49,619 bases of DNA from an uncultured Verrucomicrobiota bacterium (GTDB taxonomy: Bacteria; Verrucomicrobiota; Kiritimatiellia; RFP12; UBA3636), in contig CAMNCG010000003.1 of the NCBI GenBank assembly GCA_946534105.1, positions 1 through 49,619 on the forward strand, read 5' to 3'. The translations under genes and the position numbers were made by a program. The notes under the pieces are model-generated. The model was not told the origin of the DNA, ran no database searches, and saw only the letters and a program-made list of their open reading frames with translations. Below are positions 1-7,688 of the stretch, one piece after another. Each line of letters begins with the position of its first letter. The first letter of the stretch is position 1.

Positions 1-53
1 TGCCAGAGGCTCTTGTAGCTTGAAGTCCCCTTCAGGTTCGTCAGCAGCAGCAT
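1..53 (-). pseudogene. Possible internal fragment of an IS4-like DDE transposase running off the window edge
   Basis: Minus strand reads MLLLTNLKGTSSYKSLW, resembling the (P)MxLLTNL motif that precedes YxxRWxIE in DDE_Tnp_1 transposases. Begins directly at the 31-bp repeat. Only 17 codons visible. Confidence 0.25.
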
Positions 54-96
54 GGACCGGGAGGGGACAGACCTCTCCTATTTCCTCTCCTATTTC
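54..96 (+). repeat. Solo copy of the RAYT-element right end GGACCGGGAGGGGACAGACCTCTCCTATTTC, with a 12-bp tandem duplication
   Basis: 54-87 is identical to 7459-7492; 54-84 has one mismatch to 3000-3030. CTCTCCTATTTC is repeated at 73-84 and 85-96. Confidence 0.9.
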
Positions 97-428
97 TTTG
101 CAATGAAAAGGGTCATTCTGGCAAGTCTTTCTGCTTGAACACTCTTGAAGTCCGCCACGCCGTAAGGGATTCAGAGGGGTTCGCCGTTCATGGCCGCAAG
201 AATAGCACAGTCTGCAGCGCGGGGCAATGCGAACGCCCCCAGCATCAGCAATTTTCATTCTGGCTTCCGGCGGACAGGTGGGGCGAGGCGTCCCGCCGAG
301 CAGGAAAGGCGGTATTCCAACGATTCGGCTCGCCCGGAGGGCTCGCCCCACCCCGCCTTTTCGCCACGAAGGCCCCAGACCTTCAAAACGGGAATTGCGG
401 CAAGGGGCCAACGTGCGGCGGCTGGCAT

Positions 429-1334
429 CTAGTTGTTTGCCAACGTCGAGAAGAAGTGCTCGACGAAGAACATCTTCGGGCGGGACCCGTCAGACGCATC
501 CGGCGCGGAGAGAATCGGCCGGAGGATCGTGAGGGTCTGGAGGGAGACGACGACGAGGATGGCAAACCAGAGGTGGAGACCCGTTCCGCCGCGAAGAAAC
601 TTGTCGTCCTGGCGCGTCCTGACGATGCCGCAGCGCTGCGCGGAGGTCACGATGCGGAAGGCGAACGCGGCCACGACCCCGATGCAGGCGACCGAAAGGA
701 TGGCGATGAAGGCCAGGCTGGCCGACGACACCGCGAAAAGCCATTCGACCGGCGCGAGCGAGGCGAAGAGAAGGCCGGCGGTCGCGGTGCACGAGGCCCC
801 GAGCTCCGCGATCCGGCAGAGCGGAAGCGTCGTCCCGCTCGCACACGAGAAGACGAAGAGGGCCGGGAAGCAGAGCAGATAGGCGGAGAGGGCCACGCAA
901 GCCCCCTTGAGCGCGCCAAGGCCGGCGGAAAGGAACCCGCCGAACGAACCGGCGGCAAGGCCGAACAGCGCATATCCTACCACGGACAGGAGGAGAAGCG
1001 ACGGAAGGCGCCTGCCCGAGGATTCGCCCTGCGGCTCCTCCTTGAGTTCCGAAAGGAAGCGCACGGGACTCTTGAGGAGCCGCGCGATAAGGCCATCGCA
1101 TTCGGACCACTCCGGTTCTTCCTCTTCGGTCTTGCGGACTGGCGGCGGAGGGGTTTCGTCAGATCCGGCGGGAAGCGGCGGAGGGAGGGTGTCGACGGGA
1201 CAGGCCGAGGAGGAGGGTTTCTTCTCGGAGGAACTGTCCGTTGTCTCGTGTTTTACGGACTTGCATTTTGCAAGACAGAAGCCGTTCATGGCGGTATCGG
1301 GAGTTTGGGGAGTGTTCATGGCGGGGTCTTTCAT
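429..1334 (-). CDS. Multi-pass membrane protein, Yip1-like
   Basis: Pro/acidic N-terminal tail, about 5 hydrophobic helices, C-terminal QTLTILRPIL motif paralleling QLSWMARPIF in the upstream gene. Start uncertain among three nearby ATGs. Confidence 0.75.
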   Translation of the reverse strand: MKDPAMNTPQTPDTAMNGFCLAKCKSVKHETTDSSSEKKPSSSACPVDTLPPPLPAGSDETPPPPVRKTEEEEPEWSECDGLIARLLKSPVRFLSELKEEPQGESSGRRLPSLLLLSVVGYALFGLAAGSFGGFLSAGLGALKGACVALSAYLLCFPALFVFSCASGTTLPLCRIAELGASCTATAGLLFASLAPVEWLFAVSSASLAFIAILSVACIGVVAAFAFRIVTSAQRCGIVRTRQDDKFLRGGTGLHLWFAILVVVSLQTLTILRPILSAPDASDGSRPKMFFVEHFFSTLANN

Positions 1335-1813
1335 GGGTTGACGTGGTTAACGGTTTGGGAGGAAATAGGGCAGGACCTGCCCGAAGAAGGATTCGAAGGC
1401 GTTGCTTTTCAAGGCGTCCTCGCGAAGAAACGCAACGATGACATTGGGGCTTCCGAAGATGGGCCGAGCCATCCAGGAGAGCTGGGAGCCCACGAGGGCG
1501 AACGCGGCGAGCCAGATCGCGAAAAGGGCCATCGCCCGGCGGCCGGAGGGCACCATGCGCCGCAAAATGGAGAACAGCGAAACGTTGCCGGCAACGCCCG
1601 AAAGGGAAAGAATCGCGGTGTGCGCCAGAAGCATCGAGTAGAATGGCCCCCGCAGGGCGAGCCGACTTCCAAGATCCGCATTCCAGGCCGGCGCGCCCGT
1701 CCAGACGAGGAAGGCCGAGACCGGCGCCGCCGCCAGGAGAAACCAGCCGGCACGGGCCATGGCCCCGAATGCGCACGCGAACACGTCTCGGTAGCACAGC
1801 CGCGCCCCGAACA

Positions 1814-1925
1814 TCAGCGCCATGGTCCAGTTGAACACGGAGACGAACAGGGTTGTGCCGAGAAAAACGGCGGGGAGCTTGACCGCGACGTAGGCGGCGA
1901 GCGTCCAGGAGCGCCAGAAGCCGAG
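1814..1925 (+). repeat. 112-bp direct repeat, left copy
   Basis: Identical to 3029-3140. Confidence 0.95.
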
Positions 1926-3030
1926 CGTCGGGAGGGACAGACCTCCCTTCCGCATCCACCACCAACACCAGGGACAGACCACCATGAGAACGCCTCGACT
2001 CCTCGCTTCCGGTACCGGCTACTACCACGTCATCCTCAAAACCTCCGGCGCCCGGTTCCTTTTCGAATCCGATGCCGACAAGCGCGCCTTGCTCGGCATT
2101 TTGGAGCGCGTTTCGCGCTTTTCCGGCGTCCAGCCGCTCTCCTACGCGCTTCTCGACAACCACGTCCACCTTCTTCTCAAGGTGCCGGAGAGGAAATCCG
2201 TCCCCGAAGCCGAGTTCCGCCGCCGCGTGGAAGCGCTCTACGGCGCCGCCCGCTCCGGAAAACTCTTCGCGAAGTGGGACAAGTGGCGCGACGAAGGCCG
2301 CGACGGCGTCATCGCTTTCGAGAGGGACGGACTTCTCCGCCGGATGTTCGACCTGGGGCAGTTCGTGAAGACCGCGAAGGAATTCTTCCACGTCTACTAC
2401 CGCGAAGCACACGCCTGGGAAGGCACGGTCTGGCGCGGACGGTACAAAAGCATACTGGTCGCGGAATCCTTCACGGCGTTCAAGGCGCTTTCGCTCTACA
2501 TCGCCATGAACCCCGTCCGCGCGGGAATCGCCAAACGGGGGACGGACTCCCCGTGGACGTCGTTCGGACAGGCGAAACTCGGGAAGTCGTTCGGGTGGCG
2601 CTGCCACCGGGCGCTATTGGGCGAACTGGCGCGGCTGAAAGGCTCCGAACCGGGGACGGACCCCGAAGTGGGTTCCGGAGCGGGGACGAACCCCGAAGGG
2701 AATGCGGATTTCGTGGCGATGGAATTCGAGGAATGGATGGCCGAGGCGGAGGGCATCCAGAGGGAAAAGGTGAAGGAGGCGCTGGCACGTGGGGAGGGTC
2801 TGTCCCTCGCGGAAATGCTCGTATGCCGGGTGCATGCGTTCGGGAACGGCCGGGCGATCGGGACGGAGCGGGCGATGAGGTCCGTCCCCCGGATCGGGGA
2901 TGCGGTGGCGGTGCCGCAATGCCGGGCGGGGCTCTACACGGCGACGCGGCTCGCCGGATGCCTCTACCGCGTGGCGTAGACGCGGACCGGGAGGGGACCG
3001 GACCGGAAGGGGACAGACCTCTCCTATTTC
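1926..3030 (+). mobile_element. IS200/IS605-like element with RAYT-type Y1 transposase
   Basis: Interrupts a gene. Carries same-orientation hairpins containing GGGACAGACC at both ends (about 1930-1947, 1971-1980, 3009-3022). Confidence 0.8.
1984..2979 (+). CDS. REP-associated tyrosine transposase (Y1_Tnp, HUH superfamily)
   Basis: Motifs YYHV, LLDNHVHLL (HUH), GTVWRGRYKS, YIAMNPVRAG (catalytic Tyr) and PWTSF. Confidence 0.92.
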   Translation: MRTPRLLASGTGYYHVILKTSGARFLFESDADKRALLGILERVSRFSGVQPLSYALLDNHVHLLLKVPERKSVPEAEFRRRVEALYGAARSGKLFAKWDKWRDEGRDGVIAFERDGLLRRMFDLGQFVKTAKEFFHVYYREAHAWEGTVWRGRYKSILVAESFTAFKALSLYIAMNPVRAGIAKRGTDSPWTSFGQAKLGKSFGWRCHRALLGELARLKGSEPGTDPEVGSGAGTNPEGNADFVAMEFEEWMAEAEGIQREKVKEALARGEGLSLAEMLVCRVHAFGNGRAIGTERAMRSVPRIGDAVAVPQCRAGLYTATRLAGCLYRVA

Positions 3031-3140
3031 AGCGCCATGGTCCAGTTGAACACGGAGACGAACAGGGTTGTGCCGAGAAAAACGGCGGGGAGCTTGACCG
3101 CGACGTAGGCGGCGAGCGTCCAGGAGCGCCAGAAGCCGAG
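3029..3140 (+). repeat. 112-bp direct repeat, right copy
   Basis: Identical to 1814-1925. Confidence 0.95.
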
Positions 3141-3292
3141 GACCGCGCCGTAGACTCCGGTCGAAAGGGCGGTGAACGCCGCCAGCGCGGCAATATCGCG
3201 GAATCCGATGCTGCCATTGAGGAGGCGCGCACTGAAGGTTTCCCCGTCGCGGAGGACGAGGAGGGAAGTGGCGATGTGGCGTGACAGAATGC

Positions 3293-3371
3293 TCATGACC
3301 GGATGAATGGTTCGGCGCCCACCATGGGCGCGTTCATCCGGGTATAGCGGGAAGGGCGGCGTTTTTTACGC
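3293..3371 (-). promoter_or_regulatory. Conserved promoter-like motif plus uORF MNAPMVGAEPFIRS (3337-3293), copy 1
   Basis: GCGTAAAAAACGCC-N9-GCTATACC-CGG-ATGAACGCGCCCATGGTGGGCGC. The uORF stop overlaps the ATG at 3296 (ATGA). Repeated at 5577-5670. Confidence 0.6.
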
Positions 3372-3482
3372 CGAGGCCGCTGTTTTTTTCGTGACGATCC
3401 CATCATTGCCGTCTTCCCCTCCGCAGGTTGCGGGGGGGGAAGCGCCCTGCCCCCTCTTTGAGGGGGGCAGATGTAGGCTTCG

Positions 3483-4622
3483 TTACGGAAGAGAATACGC
3501 CCACCGCCCGCACGGCGCGTCGCGCAGCCGCTCGACCCAGTATTCGACCGAGTCCGGCCCGTCGCCGCGGAGCTTCGTCACCGCGCCCGGCGCGAAGGCC
3601 TCCGGCGGGATGAGGGGACAGACTGCCACGTCCGAGGCGTACGATTCGCCGGCGTACCCGAAGCGAATGGGGGTTTCCCCCTTGTTATAGTCTTCCCACG
3701 TCGCGACAAATCGATAGCCCGTCTCGACGACACCCGCTTCATTCGTGGTGACGACATCCGGGAAGAACGCCTCCAGCACGGCGTAGCCGGTGCCCGTGGA
3801 CAACCTCTCCCCGCCGCCGAACACGCCGACGGCGTAGGCATAGGCGTTCGTCGTCGCGCCATCTTCCGACACGCCGCCGGGGACGAGGCAGGCAAGCTGG
3901 ATTTGGTCAGGGGAAATTCTCTTGCCCATCATGTCGGACAGCGGCATTTCCAGACGGGAAAGGATGTTGTTCGTTGCGGCCACCGGTTCACGATTTGCGT
4001 TGGCTTTGAGATTGAACTGGATCGGCTCATAGTTCCCGTCGTCCGTATTCCGCCACGTCGTCACCGTCCCCGCCTCGGCGTCGTCGAAGGGAAGACGAGC
4101 GTTCTCGTACTGGTACAGACCGACTTGGGTGCGAATGTGGCCGACCAGGGGAATGGGTTCGGCGCAATAATACGCTTTGGGAATTTTATTCTGAAAGATT
4201 GGCACGTATGCTACACACAGCATGGCGAGCAGCAGACAAGCACAAAACATTTCACCGGAATTTTTTCTTGCCGAACCGATCAGCCCCCAAATCAAAAAAC
4301 CGGAAATCGTCGTTGGCCACAAAGAATGAAATATTACGCCAAGAGCCAATGGAACCAAAACGCCAAGCCATGCTACGTACAGCAGTTTTGAAAAATGCCA
4401 ACACATGGCAACGCCATGGCCTATCCGTTTTCCAAGAGATTCGGCGCTTTTCAGGCCGCACAAACTGCATTGAATTGCAGCCACTTGTGAAGCAAACACT
4501 ATTTTTGGTTCTTTGACAATGGAAATAAGCCCTTTGACGGCCCACCAAAGCAGCAGGAATGGCAACACGATCAAAACACAGACCGCAAAAACACAGACCG
4601 CAAAAACACACAAAATGTCCAC
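3483..4622 (-). CDS. Type IV pilin-domain protein fused to an N-terminal multi-TM domain
   Basis: GTG at 4622 follows GGAGG. The C-terminal ~240 aa align with the pilin at 46726-47547 (AEPIPLxGHIRTQxGLY, PDQ, GTGYAV, GYxxVxTW, CPL). Confidence 0.8.
   Translation of the reverse strand: MDILCVFAVCVFAVCVLIVLPFLLLWWAVKGLISIVKEPKIVFASQVAAIQCSLCGLKSAESLGKRIGHGVAMCWHFSKLLYVAWLGVLVPLALGVIFHSLWPTTISGFLIWGLIGSARKNSGEMFCACLLLAMLCVAYVPIFQNKIPKAYYCAEPIPLVGHIRTQVGLYQYENARLPFDDAEAGTVTTWRNTDDGNYEPIQFNLKANANREPVAATNNILSRLEMPLSDMMGKRISPDQIQLACLVPGGVSEDGATTNAYAYAVGVFGGGERLSTGTGYAVLEAFFPDVVTTNEAGVVETGYRFVATWEDYNKGETPIRFGYAGESYASDVAVCPLIPPEAFAPGAVTKLRGDGPDSVEYWVERLRDAPCGRWAYSLP
4573..4610. repeat. 15-bp tandem repeat x2.5 (encodes CVFAV repeats)
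   Basis: AAAACACAGACCGCA repeated in-frame. Confidence 0.9.
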
Positions 4623-4649
4623 TTCAGACCTCCCTTGTGCATAATTTCC

Positions 4650-4680
4650 CCTCTCCCCGGCGCGGCGCGCCGGGGAGAGG
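4650..4680. terminator. Perfect 15-bp inverted repeat after the 4690 gene
   Basis: CCTCTCCCCGGCGCG-G-CGCGCCGGGGAGAGG. No U-tract, so it may be a stabilising hairpin or REP-like repeat. Confidence 0.45.
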
Positions 4681-4689
4681 CGGACAGTC

Positions 4690-5580
4690 TCACTTCTCGG
4701 CGCCGACGACGAGCGGATGGCGGGGGCCGAAGACCCAGTGGTCGCAGAGGTGGGGGAGGCCGCCGCGACCGAGGACGGGGTGGGCGAGGTCGGCGGCATT
4801 GGCCTGGCGGCGAAGCTCGGCGCGCTTCTCCGCGGGCGCGGCGAGGATGGCGATGCTCCAGGCGCGGCGGGCCTCGGCGATCCTGCGCTGCGCGGCGTGG
4901 TCGCAGCCGAAGAGGAACGACGAGAGCGGATGGCGGAGGATCTGCGTGATGCCGCGGCCGAGGGTTCGAGGGTCGGCATTGGACGCGATGGAGTAGAAGG
5001 CCGTCTGCGGGAGGGAGGACTCGACCACCGCGACGCGGGCGGGGTCGGCGACGCGGGCGGCCTCTACCTTGGCGAGGGTGTCGGCGTCGGGCCCCTGCGC
5101 GGAGACGGGCCGGAGCGGCGTGGTGGCGAGGTACAGCGCCCAGAGGACGGCGAAGACGCGGATGCAGCCGGCGAAGGCTCGGGCGTAGTTGGAGTAGAGC
5201 CAGCGGTTGCTTCCCTTCAGGCGGAAGTAGAACGTGAGCGACCAGTGGCGCAGCGTCTTCCAGCCGGCGAAGGGGACGTAGAGGAAGATCGGCCAGAAGA
5301 GGTAGTAGCCGCCGTACATGGCGAGGCAGCCAGAGAGGAACCAGAGCATGCAGATGCCGCCTTGGCGCCAGATCTCGCGACGGTCGGGAGCGCCGCCGGG
5401 AAGGGACACGGCGCGGAACCAGTCGTCGAGGGCGAAGGCGTGGAGGAGGAGGCGCAGCGGGGAGGCCCCGGCGGGGAGCGGGGCGGTGTCGGGCGTCATC
5501 AGGGGGGCGGGGTTCATGGCAGCATCGGCATCAAGGAGGGTGGCGGTGTCAGAGGGAAGGGTGGAGGAGGGGTTTTTCAT
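4690..5580 (-). CDS. Membrane protein, short member of the HFLAWD/YLAxxPLRP paralog family
   Basis: LLHAFALDDW and RAFAGCIRVFAVLWALYLATTPLRPV match motifs in 22249-24411. ATG at 5580. Confidence 0.7.
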   Translation of the reverse strand: MKNPSSTLPSDTATLLDADAAMNPAPLMTPDTAPLPAGASPLRLLLHAFALDDWFRAVSLPGGAPDRREIWRQGGICMLWFLSGCLAMYGGYYLFWPIFLYVPFAGWKTLRHWSLTFYFRLKGSNRWLYSNYARAFAGCIRVFAVLWALYLATTPLRPVSAQGPDADTLAKVEAARVADPARVAVVESSLPQTAFYSIASNADPRTLGRGITQILRHPLSSFLFGCDHAAQRRIAEARRAWSIAILAAPAEKRAELRRQANAADLAHPVLGRGGLPHLCDHWVFGPRHPLVVGAEK

Positions 5581-5670
5581 GGGGTGCTTCTTTCCGGGGT
5601 TTGGGGTTTGGGTGCGCCCACCATGGGCGCGTTCATCCCGGTCTAGCACCGGCGGGGGCGTTTTTTACGC
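5577..5670 (-). promoter_or_regulatory. Conserved promoter-like motif plus uORF MNAPMVGAPKPQTPERSTP (5636-5577), copy 2
   Basis: GCGTAAAAAACGCC-N9-GCTAGACC-GGG-ATGAACGCGCCCATGGTGGGCGC. The stop overlaps the ATG at 5580. Confidence 0.6.
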
Positions 5671-6710
5671 GCCACCCGATTTTAATTTCACCAGCAGCCA
5701 GAAAAGCATTGCCAGGAAAAAGAGGAGGCCCCCAAACGCGTGCAGCGCGGCAAGTCCCCACTGCAGGGTTCGCTCGCGCCGGGTGGTCTGCAGCGAACGG
5801 AGCGCGGCGAGAATCACGTCGGGATCCGTCGTCCGGCGTTCGGGCCGGGTGGCGAGCATGCCCTTGAGAAGCGGGTCCCAGCGGCGGGAGATGCGTTTTG
5901 GGTCGAACTCGGAAGGCACTTCGATGCCGCGCGGGCGCTCGCCTGTGAGGGCCTCGAAGAGGACGGCGCCGAGGGACCACCAGTCCATGGCCGGCGAGGC
6001 GGGGTCGCCCTGCCGCTGCTCCGGGGCGGCGTAGTCCGCCGTGCCGACGAAGCCGCGCCGCCCATGGGTCGAGGTCGTGTCGTCGAACGTGTCCACGGAG
6101 CGGTCCGCGGGGTCGTCGTGGAGGCGCGAGGCGATGCCGAAGTCGGCGAGCATGGCGCGGCCGTCGTGGTCGAAGAGGACGTTGGAGGGCTTGATGTCGC
6201 GATGAACGACCGGGGGCGACATGGCGTGGGCTGCCGCGACGGCCTCGGCGAGGTCCTCGCCGAAGCGCGCGACGGCCCCTGGGGAAGCGCCTTGCCTCCC
6301 TCCAGGAGGTCTGCCAGGGAGAGGGCGCGCGGGGCGGCGTCCCAGCGCTCGGGATGGCGCGGGAGGGCGCAGCCGAAGACATCGGCGCAGAGGCGGCGCA
6401 TTTCGGCGCCCGAGACAAGGCACGCCTTCATCGCGTAGAACGAGAGGCCCGTCGCCTCGTCCTCGCCCCGGCGGTAGACGGGAAGAATGGAGGGATGCTC
6501 CGCCACCGCGAGAATGTGCGCCTCGCGGCGGAGGCGGCGCCGCATGCTCTCGGCGGAGGCCCCTTCGGGTGGCGTCATGAGCTTGAGCGCGACATCGCGC
6601 CCAAGCGCGATGTCGCGCGCAAGCCATACGACGGACATCCCGCCCTCTCCAAGCGGGCGGACGAGCTCGAAGTCGCCTCCGACGACGGTTCCCGGATGCA
6701 GCGGCGTCAC
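5665..6710 (-). pseudogene. Hanks-type Ser/Thr protein kinase with C-terminal TM helix, frameshifted near 6276-6284
   Basis: LGEGGMSVV, VALK and RREA lie in one frame (GTG 6710, overlapping the sigma stop). HRDIKPSN, DFG, GTADYAAPE and DWWSLG lie in another. One base is missing in CCCCAGGGG. Confidence 0.88.
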
Positions 6711-7378
6711 GCTCCTCCGCTCCCCCCCGCCGAACCGGCGGCCAGAAGCGCCTCGTGCAGATCGGCAAGGCAGAGACGGCCTTGCCCGAAAGACGCCAAT
6801 TCCCTGCGCACGGAGCGCAGGACGCGGTCCTTGATCTGATAGACGGCGTTGGGCTTCATCCGGAACTCGGCGGCGACATCGTCGACGGGGGCGTTTTCCA
6901 GCACATGTCTCCGGAACACGGCCTTGGTGTTGGGCGACAGGTCCTTCCGCCCGAGGACGCGCGCAAGGGCAAGCGTCCACGTCTCGACCATGAGCTCGCG
7001 CTCCCTGTCGGTCGTTTCCGGCGCGGCATCGTTCTCGCCCGCGCCGTCCACGAGCGGAGGACGGCGGTTTTCGACGGTCTGGTGACGGACGACCAACCGG
7101 CGGACAACCGTCGAAATCCATCCCCTGAAACGTCCTTTTTCCGGCTCGTAGCGGAATCCTGGCATGGCGCGCATGACGGCAAGAAACGTCTCCTGCACCA
7201 GATCGTCCCTGTCCGACGGCTGCAGCGCCCGGAAGTTCATCCGCTCGCGCTCGAGGTAGCGGCGGATCACCGGCTCGTAGAGTCTCGCAAAATCGTTCCA
7301 CCGCGGACTCGCCGGATCGGCGGAGATTGCGCCGAGAAGCGTCGGCGAGGTGACGGGAAACGAGGCAATCGGCTGCAT
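6707..7378 (-). CDS. ECF sigma-70 family RNA polymerase sigma factor
   Basis: TSPTLL...WNDFARLY, DRDDLVQETF, GRFRGWI (region 2); VAAEFRMKPNAVYQIKDRV (region 4). Coupled to a kinase gene. Confidence 0.92.
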   Translation of the reverse strand: MQPIASFPVTSPTLLGAISADPASPRWNDFARLYEPVIRRYLERERMNFRALQPSDRDDLVQETFLAVMRAMPGFRYEPEKGRFRGWISTVVRRLVVRHQTVENRRPPLVDGAGENDAAPETTDRERELMVETWTLALARVLGRKDLSPNTKAVFRRHVLENAPVDDVAAEFRMKPNAVYQIKDRVLRSVRRELASFGQGRLCLADLHEALLAAGSAGGSGGA

Positions 7379-7385
7379 GGCGGAA

Positions 7386-7414
7386 ATGTTACTACGCGGA
7401 ACCGCAGGGCGCAA
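7386..7414 (-). promoter_or_regulatory. Sigma70-type promoter, probably leaderless, for the ECF-kinase pair
   Basis: TTGCGC-17 nt-TAACAT, 7 nt before ATG 7378; no Shine-Dalgarno. Confidence 0.6.
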
Positions 7415-7458
7415 GGCGCTCACCGGCGGCTTCCAAGGGACGGTTCAGTGGTTGTGGA

Positions 7459-7489
7459 GGACCGGGAGGGGACAGACCTCTCCTATTTC
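7459..7489 (+). repeat. Solo copy of the 31-bp RAYT-element right end
   Basis: Identical to 54-84. Confidence 0.9.
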
Positions 7490-7669
7490 CTCGCGAAGCT
7501 TAGGTCCGAGCATGCCCGAAAATCCGGCCATGGGATAGACGAGCGGCTGGTCCCATCCCGGCGCATGAAGCTCGACCCGCCGCTCGCGCTTGAAGACAAG
7601 GATGTCGAAAAAGACAACATGCCGCACGGGATGTCGAAAGACGGCTTGCGCGGTATAAATCGAGAACAA
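7490..7669 (-). pseudogene. Fragment of a YafK-like L,D-transpeptidase family gene truncated at the 31-bp repeat
   Basis: ILVFKRERRVELH...YPMAGFSGMLGPKLRE matches the FKxERxLEL..YP...SGxLGPKxREGDxQxPEG pattern. Similarity stops exactly at the repeat. Confidence 0.65.
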
Positions 7670-7688
7670 GATGCTGGGTGCGGTGGCG

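Larger units (their letters stand above)
1347..3296 (-). pseudogene. Yip1-like membrane protein gene interrupted by a transposase element (about 244 aa when rejoined)
   Basis: 5' part 3296-3030 (MSILSRH...NWTMAL) and 3' part ending at 1347 share the duplicated peptide LGFWRSWTLAAYVAVKLPAVFLGTTLFVSVFNWTMAL. Removing the insert and one repeat gives a continuous ORF. Confidence 0.85.

Noticed and set aside
135-3284. 1049-aa plus-strand ORF and other long overlapping ORFs (for example 37940-41944, 13734-15824, 19957-21528, 31163-32803)
   Set aside because: Arg/Gly/Pro-rich shadow frames overlapping well-supported genes in high-GC DNA; no recognisable motifs.
3416-3470. Two G/C hairpins after the pilin-like gene as an ncRNA
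   Set aside because: Short, without recognisable RNA family features; more likely a terminator or repeat remnant.
3483-4979. 498-aa ORF start at 4979
   Set aside because: Overlaps the 4690 gene and a hairpin; GTG 4622 has a clear GGAGG.
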